From an uncultured Gemmatimonadales bacterium (GTDB lineage Bacteria; Gemmatimonadota; Gemmatimonadetes; Longimicrobiales; RSA9): DNA of 64,000 bases. Location: positions 224,001 through 288,000 of the forward strand of contig CAWFKH010000003.1 of NCBI GenBank assembly GCA_963816355.1. Reading direction: 5' to 3'. Under the pieces are notes generated by a model. The model was not told the DNA's origin, did no database searches, and saw only the letters and a program-made list of their open reading frames with translations. This document shows positions 34,623 through 43,493 of this stretch, one piece after another (the first letter of the stretch is position 1; every line of letters starts with the position of its first letter). Made by a program: the position numbers and the translations under genes.

Positions 34623-35423
34623 CTACGGGCTTCGCGTCCGTGGCGATACCTGTGCAAAGCTCCACCGAGGCATCTCCTCAATGTTGGAGAGGCCTCGAAT
34701 CTGATCCGGATGAACAAACGCCGGCGCTCGTTGGTTCAGAGAGATGGATAACGCCGTCTGCGTGAGCAACCCCCGGTCTTGGGTCACGAACACGTCCGAC
34801 TCAGCTCCGATTGCCTCCACGATGATCTCCAGATCCTCATTTGGGACTAGACTCTCCCTCGACAAGTCGAGCATGAGCTGGTCGGCCAACATCGGATCCG
34901 TTCTCGGCAACACGGTCAGCTCGGCCTGGATCACGTCCCAGATACGATCACAGAATCCCTGAAGGGCCACTTTCCATTCCGCAAATGCCTTGCGGACACG
35001 CGTTTCTGCGGCGGCCTGCGCATGTTCGGACGCCTGTACGAACTGACCTGCTAAGCCGGCCTCATCGGCCCAATCCACCCCGATCCATTCCTCGCAGAGG
35101 CCAAACCAGTAGAACAGGTTCTCACGCGTGGCGAGGTGGGGCACCTCACTGAGGATCCTCTCACCTTGATTCACGCCGCCCGGGTAACCCAAGGTCTCCT
35201 CCATCCAAGGCTGCCGCGGCTCGCCCAGCTTCGCGTGTTGAATGACTTCCAGCACCGACTTGAAGGCCACGGCGGGAGTCAGAGGGTACTTGCCTCCGTT
35301 GAGCATCTCAAAGTCCCGGATCGCTTCTCCGCGAAGAAGGGGTCCCATGTATCGCGACTCGAGGACGTTGGTATCCAGGACGGCCAAGGGCGGGCCAGTT
35401 GGTTCTGGACTCCTCAATACCAT
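34623..35423 (-). CDS. PIN-domain nuclease with large insertion (first cassette)
   Basis: VLDTNVL...E...NEDLEII...FVTQDRGLL acidic PIN residues; SD GGAGG. Confidence 0.75.
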   Translation of the reverse strand: MVLRSPEPTGPPLAVLDTNVLESRYMGPLLRGEAIRDFEMLNGGKYPLTPAVAFKSVLEVIQHAKLGEPRQPWMEETLGYPGGVNQGERILSEVPHLATRENLFYWFGLCEEWIGVDWADEAGLAGQFVQASEHAQAAAETRVRKAFAEWKVALQGFCDRIWDVIQAELTVLPRTDPMLADQLMLDLSRESLVPNEDLEIIVEAIGAESDVFVTQDRGLLTQTALSISLNQRAPAFVHPDQIRGLSNIEEMPRWSFAQVSPRTRSP

Positions 35424-35455
35424 GTCTCCTCCGATCCATCCGTACTCATGGCAAT

Positions 35456-35500
35456 GGCTGATAACTGCTTGTTTCCGCCCTTCCGTGTCGCCGAATAACC
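35456..35500 (-). other. attI-like site at the array start
   Basis: TTATTCGGCG...GGCGGAAACAAGCAGTTATCAGCC; the GTT core begins the first cassette but lacks an attC palindrome. Confidence 0.5.
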
Positions 35501-35914
35501 TCCTCGCGCCAGATATCGCGAACGGCCGTTCGTATATCTGCGTCTGAATGGCGCCGCGTCAAGTGCGCTACGGCGGCGTCGCCGGCAGCTCGCAATGGAA
35601 GTCGACATGCAACAGAGATGTGCCGGAAGAAGCCCGCCACGGAAAATACAGCGCAGGCCCCGAAAGGCGGAGCGGCGAAAAGGTGGAGCGCGCCGGAAAG
35701 GCGGAGTGCGCCGGAAAGGTGGGGAGCGCCGCAGAAGCCGCGGAGCGCGGCGGAAACGCGGAGCGCGCCGGACAGCCCATCATCGCTCGCCGCCGCCTAC
35801 GCGCCCGGACCGGCGTCCGGCGGGCCCCGCTGGACGCCGCGCCCCGCCGCGCCCCTCCGCGCCCCTCCGCGCCCCTCCGCGTCCTCCCCTCTCCGCGCCC
35901 TCCGCGTCCTCCGC

Positions 35915-36412
35915 CTACGCCGCCCCGCGCTGCCCCAGCTCGCGGTCCATGAAGATGAGGGCGGCGTCGTTGTCGCCGACGCGCTCGAGGCGGTCGACGA
36001 TGTCGCTGGCGGTCTTCTCTTCCTCGACCTGCTCGGTGATGAACCAGTGGAGGACCACCTGGGCGGGGAAGTCGCCCTCCTCGACGGCGAGGCGGTAGAG
36101 CTCGTGGATGGCGCGCGTGACCTCGCGCTCGTGCTGGAGCGCGGTCTGGAAGACCTGGAGCGGGGTGCCGAAGTCGTCCTGGGGCTGCGCGAGGGCCTGG
36201 AGGCGGACGCGGCCGCCGCGGTCGAGGACGTGCTCGAAGAGGCGCGTCGCGTGGCCCTCCTCCTCGCGGGACTGGGCGCGCATCCAGGCGGCGAAGCCGG
36301 GCAGCGCCTCGGCCTCGAAGTGGGCCGCCATCGCCAGGTAGATGTAGGCGGACTCGAATTCCATGTGGATCTGGTCGTTGAGGGCGCCGAGCATCCTGTC
36401 GGTCATGGTCAC
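35915..36412 (-). CDS. ftnA: Non-heme ferritin
   Basis: LNDQIHMEFESAYIYLAM, EEEGHA, WFITEQVEEE. Confidence 0.9.
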   Translation of the reverse strand: MTMTDRMLGALNDQIHMEFESAYIYLAMAAHFEAEALPGFAAWMRAQSREEEGHATRLFEHVLDRGGRVRLQALAQPQDDFGTPLQVFQTALQHEREVTRAIHELYRLAVEEGDFPAQVVLHWFITEQVEEEKTASDIVDRLERVGDNDAALIFMDRELGQRGAA

Positions 36413-36619
36413 GTGCCTCTGGCTGGAGTGTCGCTTGCGCGGAAGGATCGACGCAATCGTCGATCCGGAAGGTAGGCGGGGGACCTCGCGCGGGGAAGGG
36501 CGGGGAAGGGCTGGAAAGGGCTGGGAAGGGCTGGAAAGGGCTGCGAACGGCTGGGAAGGGTGGGGAACGGCGGTGGGGACCGGCGCGCGGGCGCGCGCCG
36601 GTCCCCGGTCCGCCGATGC

Positions 36620-37471
36620 TCAGTCCTCGTGGTGCACGCGCACGCCGTGTTCGAACTCCGCCTCGAACTCGACGGTCTGGCCGTCGAAGGCGGAGAGGTC
36701 GAGCACCTGGCCGCCGAGCTGGAAGAGCTCGCCGAAGTCGAACTCGACGGTGACGGTCTGGGCGCCGTCGCCCGCGCCGACCACGAGCGGCGGCTCGATG
36801 GGCCGCTCGATCTCGATCTCCGCCTGCAGGTAGACGGTGAAGGGGCGGGCCGCGCCGCCGTCGGCGGGCTGGAAGCTGCCCTTCAGCACGGCGCTCGCCT
36901 TCGTCGGGAACTCGGGATACGTCTGGCGGATCTGGGCGAGGATGTCGGCGAGCTGCGCGCCGTCGTTCTCGCCCTCGTCCTCCTCGAGGTTCTCGACCTT
37001 GAACTGGACGCGGTCGTAGGTGCCGGCGGCGACCTGGTCGACGGAGACGGTGAGCGGGGAGCCGTCGAGCGGCAGCGAGAGCAGGAACGGGTCCGCCTTG
37101 AAGTCGTGGCAGGCGTCGTCGTGGCCGTCGCCGCCCTCGTCGCCGCCGTGGTCGCCGCGGTCGCCGGCCGCGCCGCCGTCGCTGCCGGAGCCGACGTCGC
37201 CTTCGCACACCTGGCCGGACTGCTCGAGCTCGAGCTTCGAGACGACGAACTGGGCGTCGTCGATGGTGAGGGTGCCGTTGGAGCCGGTGAGCGCGAGCTG
37301 GGGGGTGATGGCGCCGCCGGCGGTGGCGGCGACGCGGTTCGCGGCGCTCGTGGCGCCGGTGGCGGAGAACCGGATGGCGACCTGTCCCGTGCCGCCCGGC
37401 GAGGTCGTATCGTTACAAGCGGTCACGGCCAGCGCGAGGGCGCCGGCCAGCGCGAGTACGCGTCTCTGCAT
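36620..37471 (-). CDS. Lipoprotein of unknown function (DUF4382-like)
   Basis: MQRRVLALAGALALAVTAC lipobox; V.AGTY..VQF motif. Confidence 0.6.
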   Translation of the reverse strand: MQRRVLALAGALALAVTACNDTTSPGGTGQVAIRFSATGATSAANRVAATAGGAITPQLALTGSNGTLTIDDAQFVVSKLELEQSGQVCEGDVGSGSDGGAAGDRGDHGGDEGGDGHDDACHDFKADPFLLSLPLDGSPLTVSVDQVAAGTYDRVQFKVENLEEDEGENDGAQLADILAQIRQTYPEFPTKASAVLKGSFQPADGGAARPFTVYLQAEIEIERPIEPPLVVGAGDGAQTVTVEFDFGELFQLGGQVLDLSAFDGQTVEFEAEFEHGVRVHHED

Positions 37472-37662
37472 GCTTCCACTCCTGTTTCTCGGGTCGGTGC
37501 CGGACCTGGACCACCGGCGCGGAGATCCCGCGTCGCCGGGAGGGCGCGCGGGGTTGTGGGGCCACGAATCGCTGCAAAGCTCGGGCCGGTTCCCGGCGCG
37601 CGCGGCGTCAGCGCGGTTCGCGGCGCGCGCGGCGTCAGCGCGGGTTCCGGGTACGCGCGGCG

Positions 37663-39851
37663 TCAGCCGGGGCGGTGGCGCTCGACGATCGCGTCGGCCA
37701 CGACGGCGCCGGCGGCCATGATCGTCGCCTGGGGGTTGACGCCGGGGGCGGTGGGGAGCAGCGAGCCGTCGGCCACGTAGACGCCGGGGGCGCCGTGGCG
37801 CTCGCCGTCCGGCGTGCAGCCGCTGGTGCGGGGGTCGGTGCCGACGCGGCAGGTGCCGTTGACGTGGGCGGAGAAGAGGGAGAGGCGGTTGGGTGCGATG
37901 GGCAGGGCGTCGAGCGCGGCGAGGTCCGCGGCGGCGCGGATGGGCGCGGCGTCGCCGTGGAGCGGCCACACCTCCTCGGCGCCGGCGGCCAGGTGGATGC
38001 GGGCGCAGGCGCGGAGCGCGTCGCGCAGGAGGGTGCGCTCGCGCTTGCCGAGGCGGTAGCGGATGCGCACGCGGCCGCGGCGGTCGACGCGCACGGAGCC
38101 GTTCGGGCGCGCGCGGTCGGCGCCGTCGCGCACGAGCGCGATGAGCGCGGCGGTGCGCGGGAACTCGGTCATGCGGCGGCGGTGCGCATGGCCGAAGCCG
38201 GGCAGCGCGACGCTCGCGAGCCCCGGCAGGTAGGGCGGGCACTCGACCCAGAAGCCGTAGCCGTCGCGGCCGTCGTGGAACTCCGTCATCACGGCGGACT
38301 GCGGGATGCCCGCGGCGCCGTAGACGTCGCGGCCGTAGCGGCCGCCCACGGCGGTCGTGGGGTGCAGGCGCAGCCACTCGCCCACGCCGCCGCCGCCGAG
38401 GCCGGAGCGCTGCAGGATCGCGGGCGTGCCGACGGCGCCGGCGGCGAGCACGACCACGTCGCACTCGACGACGAGGCCGCCGCGCGGCGCGCCGCCCTCG
38501 CGCTCGAGGAGCGTCGCGTGCACGCGCTTGAGGCCGCCGGGCCCGGTCCGCGTCTCGACGCGCTCGACGCGCGCGTCGCAGTGCAGCCGCGCGCCGGCGG
38601 CGAGCGCGCGCGGGACGTAGGTGACGAGCGTCGACTGCTTGGCGCCGTAGCGGCAGCCGAGGCCGCACAGGCCGGCGCGCACGCAGCCGCGCGCGTCGAT
38701 GGCGGCGGGGCGCACGCGCCAGCCCAGCGCGCGGGCGCCGTCGAGCAGGATGCGGTTCTGCGCGTCGTGCGCGTCGTCGGGCACGAGGCGCGCGTGGACG
38801 TCCGCCTCGACGCGGTCGAGCGCGGCGGCGAAGGCGGCGGGGGCGAAGCGCTCGGCGCCGTGGCCGCGCGCCCACTCGTCCAGCACGGCGTCCGCCGGCC
38901 GCAGCATCAGCATCCAGTTGACGGTGGTGCCGCCGCCCACCGCGCGCCCCTGCAGCAGCGAGAAGGCGAGGTCGTCGGTGGCGCGCGCGCCGCCGTCGGC
39001 GTACAGGCGCGCGGTCATGCGCGCCTCGTCCTCGTCGAAGTCCGCCGCGGTCCAGTAGCCGCCCTCCTCGAGCAGCACGACGTCGAAGCCCGCCTCGGCG
39101 AGGCGCGCGGCGGCGACCGCGCCGCCCGCGCCGGTGCCCACCACGCAGACGCCCGCGCGCACCACGGTGGTGCGGCCGGCGGGCAGCGCGCCGGCGGGGA
39201 CCACGCCGGCCGGCACCGCGCGCGGCTCGCCCGGCGGCGGGGCGCGCTCGAGGCCGCGCGCGACGGGGCCGGCCGGCTCGCCCCGCGCGAGCCGTGGCCG
39301 GCGGGCTCCGCCCCGCCCGCGACGTGGCCGGCCCGCTCCGCCCCGCGCGAGCCGTGGCCGGCGGGCTCCGCCCCGCGCGCGCCGTGGCCGGCGAGCTCCG
39401 CCGCGCGCGCGACCGGCTCGTCGTCGCGGGTCGTGCCGGGCAGCGCGCCCTCCCAGGGGTAGGCGGGCGCGCGCCGGTGGAAGGGGCCGAGGAAGCCGAT
39501 CGCGGCGGCCGCCTCGGGGCGCGTGTACCAGGTGGCGAGGACGAGGCGGCGGATCGCCTGGAAGACGGTCCGGCGGAGCGGGATGCGGCTGCGCTCCCAG
39601 GCGCGCAGGCGGCGTTCGCGGGCGGGCGCGTCGAGCGCGGCGAAGCGGGCGAGGCTCGCGTGGCAGAGGAGGCGGGAGAGCGGGTGGTCGAAGACGCGCA
39701 GCGCGAGGCGGGCGCCGGCGCGGGAGGCGGGCGGCAGCGCGGCGACGCGGGCGGCGACGTCGTCGGCGAGGCGGGCGGCGGCCTTTTCGGTCTCGAGGAA
39801 GGGCAGCAGCGCGAGGCAGAGGGCGTCGAGAAGTGAACGAGGTACTTGCAT
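37663..39851 (-). CDS. GMC family oxidoreductase, frameshifted in a repeat linker (39220-39420)
   Basis: GTGAGG, GRAVGGGT.VN, C..GC..GAKQST, SAHVNGTC, GVNPQATI; the N-terminal domain from ATG 39851 is in another frame. Confidence 0.8.
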
Positions 39852-39928
39852 TATTGGCTGGCGCAGTCCATGCATCCGTGTCTGCGGCCAGTCATTGAAT
39901 CTGACACTCTCCACGCGGAGGATGAGAC

Positions 39929-40363
39929 ATGAAGAAGGTTGTGTTGGCGGCGGCGGCGGTGGTCTTCGCCTCGGCCTGCGCACCGAAGTCGGCCCAGATG
40001 CCGATGACGCAGCAGATCACGGACTGGCGCGGCACCCTCAGCGCCGAGAACAATTCGGGCCTTCGCGGCGCGGCCTCGGCGCGTTCCGGCTACGGCCAGA
40101 CGGGCGTCTCGGTGACGATCGCGGGCCTGGCGGCGGGCGAGCAGCATCCGTGGCACATTCACAGCGGCACGTGCGGGAGCGGGGGACCGATCGTCGGCGC
40201 GCCGACCGCGTATCCGGTGCTGCAGGTGGGCAGCAACGGCGAGGCGAGCGCCTCGGCGAGCCTGAACGTGGAGCTGAACAGCGGCTCAAGCTATTACGTC
40301 AACATCCACAAGTCACCCTCCGATCTCGGCACGATCGTGGGGTGCGGCCCGATCACGCCCTGA
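39929..40363 (+). CDS. CHRD/Cu-Zn SOD-like lipoprotein
   Basis: Lipobox ASAC; HPWHIHSGTCG, YVNIH, IVGCG. Confidence 0.7.
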   Translation: MKKVVLAAAAVVFASACAPKSAQMPMTQQITDWRGTLSAENNSGLRGAASARSGYGQTGVSVTIAGLAAGEQHPWHIHSGTCGSGGPIVGAPTAYPVLQVGSNGEASASASLNVELNSGSSYYVNIHKSPSDLGTIVGCGPITP

Positions 40364-40399
40364 GCGTCTCCAGCCCGCGAAGCGGGTCCGGCGGCCGCG

Positions 40400-40433
40400 A
40401 CCGGGGCTCCTCACGGGGCCCCGGTTTTTCTTT
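40400..40433 (+). terminator. Rho-independent terminator
   Basis: ACCGGGGCTCC-tcac-GGGGCCCCGGT followed by TTTTCTTT. Confidence 0.8.
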
Positions 40434-40517
40434 GGCGGGCCGGCGCGGCACGCTGCGCCCGCCGGCCGGCGGCCGCGCCGCATTGTTCCGGACCCCTCCG
40501 CCCGCTATCCTCCTGCG

Positions 40518-41498
40518 ATGCTGCTGCAGGGGATCCTGTTCGTACTCGGCCTCGTCGGCCTCTACTTCGGCGCGGAATGGCTGGTCCGCGGCGCGTCGCG
40601 GCTGGCGCGCTCGATCGGCGTGAGCGCGCTGGTGATCGGGCTGACGGTCGTCGCGTTCGGCACCTCGGCGCCGGAGCTGGTGGTGAGCGTGCTCGCGGCG
40701 ACGTCGGGGCAGCCGGACGTGGCGCTGGGCAACGTGGTGGGCTCGAACATCGCGAACGTCGCGGTGATCCTCGGGCTGACGGCGCTCGTCTGCCCGATCG
40801 GCATCCAGCGGCAGCTCGTGCGGCGCGAGATCCCGTTCATGATCGTCGTCTCGATCGCGCTCGTCGTGTTCGCGGTCGACGGCACGCTGTCGCGCTTCGA
40901 CGGCGGCATCCTGCTCGCGGGAGGCGCGGGCTACGTCGCGCGGACGGTGCGTCTGTCGCGCGAGCAGCCGCCGGTGGTGGCGGCGGAGTACGACGAGCTG
41001 GTGCGCGCCGAGCACCTCGACGTGGTGTCGGGCAGCCGCACGCGGGAGGTGCTGCGCCTCCTCTTCGGCATCGTCGTGCTCGTGGCGGCGGCGCGCCTGC
41101 TGGTCGTCTCGGCGGTCTTCTTCGCGCGCTCGCTCGGCATCTCGGAGCTCGTGATCGGCCTGACGATCGTCGCGATCGGGACGTCGCTGCCCGAGTTGGC
41201 GACGTCGCTCTCGGCCGCGCACCGGAAGGAGACCGACATCGCGGCCGGCAACGTCGTCGGCTCGAACATCTTCAACATCCTGGCGATCCTGGGCGTGGCG
41301 GCGCTGGTGCATCCGATCGCGGTACACCCGGCGGCGCTGCGGGAGGACGTGCCGGTGATGGTGGGGATCAGCGTGCTGCTGCTGCCGCTGGCGTGGAACC
41401 GGGAGCGGCTGGGGCGGCGCGAGGGCGCGTTGCTGGTGGCCACCTACGTCCTCTTCGCGGTGTTCCTCTTCAGCCGGGCGGCGCCGCCGCCCCTTTGA
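40518..41498 (+). CDS. Calcium/sodium antiporter (YrbG-like)
   Basis: Two GTS.PEL and GNVVGSNI repeats. Confidence 0.9.
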   Translation: MLLQGILFVLGLVGLYFGAEWLVRGASRLARSIGVSALVIGLTVVAFGTSAPELVVSVLAATSGQPDVALGNVVGSNIANVAVILGLTALVCPIGIQRQLVRREIPFMIVVSIALVVFAVDGTLSRFDGGILLAGGAGYVARTVRLSREQPPVVAAEYDELVRAEHLDVVSGSRTREVLRLLFGIVVLVAAARLLVVSAVFFARSLGISELVIGLTIVAIGTSLPELATSLSAAHRKETDIAAGNVVGSNIFNILAILGVAALVHPIAVHPAALREDVPVMVGISVLLLPLAWNRERLGRREGALLVATYVLFAVFLFSRAAPPPL

Positions 41499-41586
41499 TG
41501 GCGGCCGGCAACCGGCTTATCTTCGGGGTGCCGCCGGGCGGCGCGCGAGCGGCGGCGAGAGCGCGATTCGAGGACGGGGGAGCACG

Positions 41587-42336
41587 ATGGCGGGCCACAG
41601 CAAATGGGCTCAGATCAAGCGCAAGAAGGCGGCGAACGACGCCAAGCGCGGCAAGATCTTCACGAAGCTGATCCGTGAGATCACGGTCGCGGCGCGCAAC
41701 GGCGGCGGCGACCCCGCGTTCAATCCGCGGCTGCGGCTGGCGATCGACACCGCCAAGGCCGCGAACATGCCGAACGACAACATCGACCGCGCGGTCGAGC
41801 GCGGCACCGGCGACGCGGAAGGCTACCGCTACGAGGAGGTCGCCTACGAGGGGTACGGCCCCGCGGGCGTCGCGCTCTACATCGAGACGCTGACCGACAA
41901 CGCGAACCGCACCGTCTCGGAGCTGCGCTTCATCCTCGACCGCAACGGCGGCAACCTGGGGCAGAACGGCTCGGTCGCGTGGCAGTTCGAGCGCAAGGGC
42001 GAGATCCACGTGGACGCGTCCCGCTACGACGAGGACGCGCTGCTCATGGCCGCGCTCGAGGCGGGCGCCGAGGACATGCGCCGCGAGGACGACGGCTTCG
42101 TCGTCACGACCGCGCCCACCGCCTTCCACACCGTGCAGGACGGCCTGCGCGAGCACGGCATCGAGTTCCGCGAGGCCGAGCTGACGATGGTCGCCCGGAC
42201 GAGCGTCGACGTCGACGGCGACGACGCCCGCAAGCTGCTCCGCATCCTCGACCTCCTCGACGACAACGACGACGTGCAGAAGGTGCACACGAACGCCGAG
42301 ATCTCGGACGCCGCGCTCGCGGCCGCCGGCGCTTGA
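41587..42336 (+). CDS. yebC: YebC/PmpR family protein
   Basis: MAGHSKWAQIK, YEGYGP.G, TDNANRT. Confidence 0.95.
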   Translation: MAGHSKWAQIKRKKAANDAKRGKIFTKLIREITVAARNGGGDPAFNPRLRLAIDTAKAANMPNDNIDRAVERGTGDAEGYRYEEVAYEGYGPAGVALYIETLTDNANRTVSELRFILDRNGGNLGQNGSVAWQFERKGEIHVDASRYDEDALLMAALEAGAEDMRREDDGFVVTTAPTAFHTVQDGLREHGIEFREAELTMVARTSVDVDGDDARKLLRILDLLDDNDDVQKVHTNAEISDAALAAAGA

Positions 42337-42875
42337 TCGTCCTCGGCGTCGATCCCGGCACCGCCGCCACCGGCTACGGCGTCGTCGTCCGCGCGGACGG
42401 CGGCGCCGTCTCGCTTAGGGAGTGCGGCGTCATCCGGACCGACGCCGCCGCGCCGCTCGCCGAGCGGCTGCGCGACATCCACCAGGGCGTCGCCGAGGTG
42501 ATCGCGCGCCACGCGCCGGACGTGGTCGCCATCGAGGACGTCTACTACGGCCGCAACGTGCGCTCGACCGTGACGCTCGGCCACGCGCGCGCCGCCGCGA
42601 TGCTGGCCGCGGCGCTCGGCGGCGTGCGCGTCGCCGAGTACTCGCCCTCGGCGGTGAAGAGCGCGATCGTCGGCCACGGCCGCGCGACGAAGGAGCAGGT
42701 GCAGTACATGGTGCAGCGGCTGCTGCACCTGAAGGAGGCGCCGCGCCCGCACGACGCCGCCGACGGCGTCGCCGTCGCGCTCTGCCACTGCGGATCCGGC
42801 CCCGCCGCGATCGCGCGCGAGCGCATCCCCAGCGACGCCGATCTGCTGCGCCGCGCGGTCGGCTACCAGCCGTGA
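42333..42875 (+). CDS. ruvC: Holliday junction resolvase RuvC
   Basis: TTG start; LGVDPG...GYG, VK.AIVG.G.A.KEQV, DAADG.A.A.CH. Confidence 0.95.
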   Translation: MIVLGVDPGTAATGYGVVVRADGGAVSLRECGVIRTDAAAPLAERLRDIHQGVAEVIARHAPDVVAIEDVYYGRNVRSTVTLGHARAAAMLAAALGGVRVAEYSPSAVKSAIVGHGRATKEQVQYMVQRLLHLKEAPRPHDAADGVAVALCHCGSGPAAIARERIPSDADLLRRAVGYQP

Positions 42876-43459
42876 TCAGCCGCATTCGGGGCACGCTGCT
42901 GCAGCGCGCGCTGGACAGCGTCGAGGTGCTCACGGCGGGCGGCGTCGCCTACGAGATCTCGGTGCCGCTCGCGGTCTACGAGCGGCTGCCGCGGGAAGGC
43001 GAGGAGGTGGAGCTGCGGACGCACCAGGTGGTGCGCGAGGACGCGCTCGAGCTGTACGGCTTCCTCGAAGCGCGCGACCGCCGCCTCTTCGAGCGCCTGC
43101 TCGGCGCGCCCGGCGTGGGGCCGCGCCTCGCGCTCGCGATGATGTCGACGCTCTCCGCCGAGCGCCTCGTCGCCGCCATCCGCGACCGCGACCTCGCCGT
43201 GCTGCGCCAGGTGCCGGGCCTCGGCACGAAGAAGGCTGAGAAAGTGGTGGTCGAGCTGGCGGACAAGGTGGACGACCTCGCGTTCGCGCCGAGCGAGCGG
43301 CCGCGCGGCCGCGCGGCCGAGGAGGCGGTCGGCGCGCTCGTCTCGCTGGGCTACAACGCGAGCGCCGCGGCGAGCGCGGTGCGCCACGCGCTGGACGAGA
43401 GGACGGACCTCGAGGGCGCGGCGCTGATCAAGGCCGCGCTGGCGCGGGTCGGCGCCTGA
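42872..43459 (+). CDS. ruvA: Holliday junction branch migration protein RuvA
   Basis: VREDALELYGF, GVGPRLA, VPGLG.KKAE. Confidence 0.95.
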   Translation: MISRIRGTLLQRALDSVEVLTAGGVAYEISVPLAVYERLPREGEEVELRTHQVVREDALELYGFLEARDRRLFERLLGAPGVGPRLALAMMSTLSAERLVAAIRDRDLAVLRQVPGLGTKKAEKVVVELADKVDDLAFAPSERPRGRAAEEAVGALVSLGYNASAAASAVRHALDERTDLEGAALIKAALARVGA

Positions 43460-43493
43460 GCGCTCCGGCGGCTGCCGGCAGGTCGCCGTCCCG

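Noticed and set aside
33899..34717. 272-aa form of the cassette lipoprotein
   Set aside because: The extension crosses an attC and the PIN gene; the lipobox supports a start at 34426
35548..35952. Integron integrase or its remnant next to the attI-like site
   Set aside because: No tyrosine recombinase motifs in any frame; low-complexity sequence
36490..36565. GGAAGGGCT 10-nt repeats as a functional element
   Set aside because: Simple microsatellite-like tract with no further support
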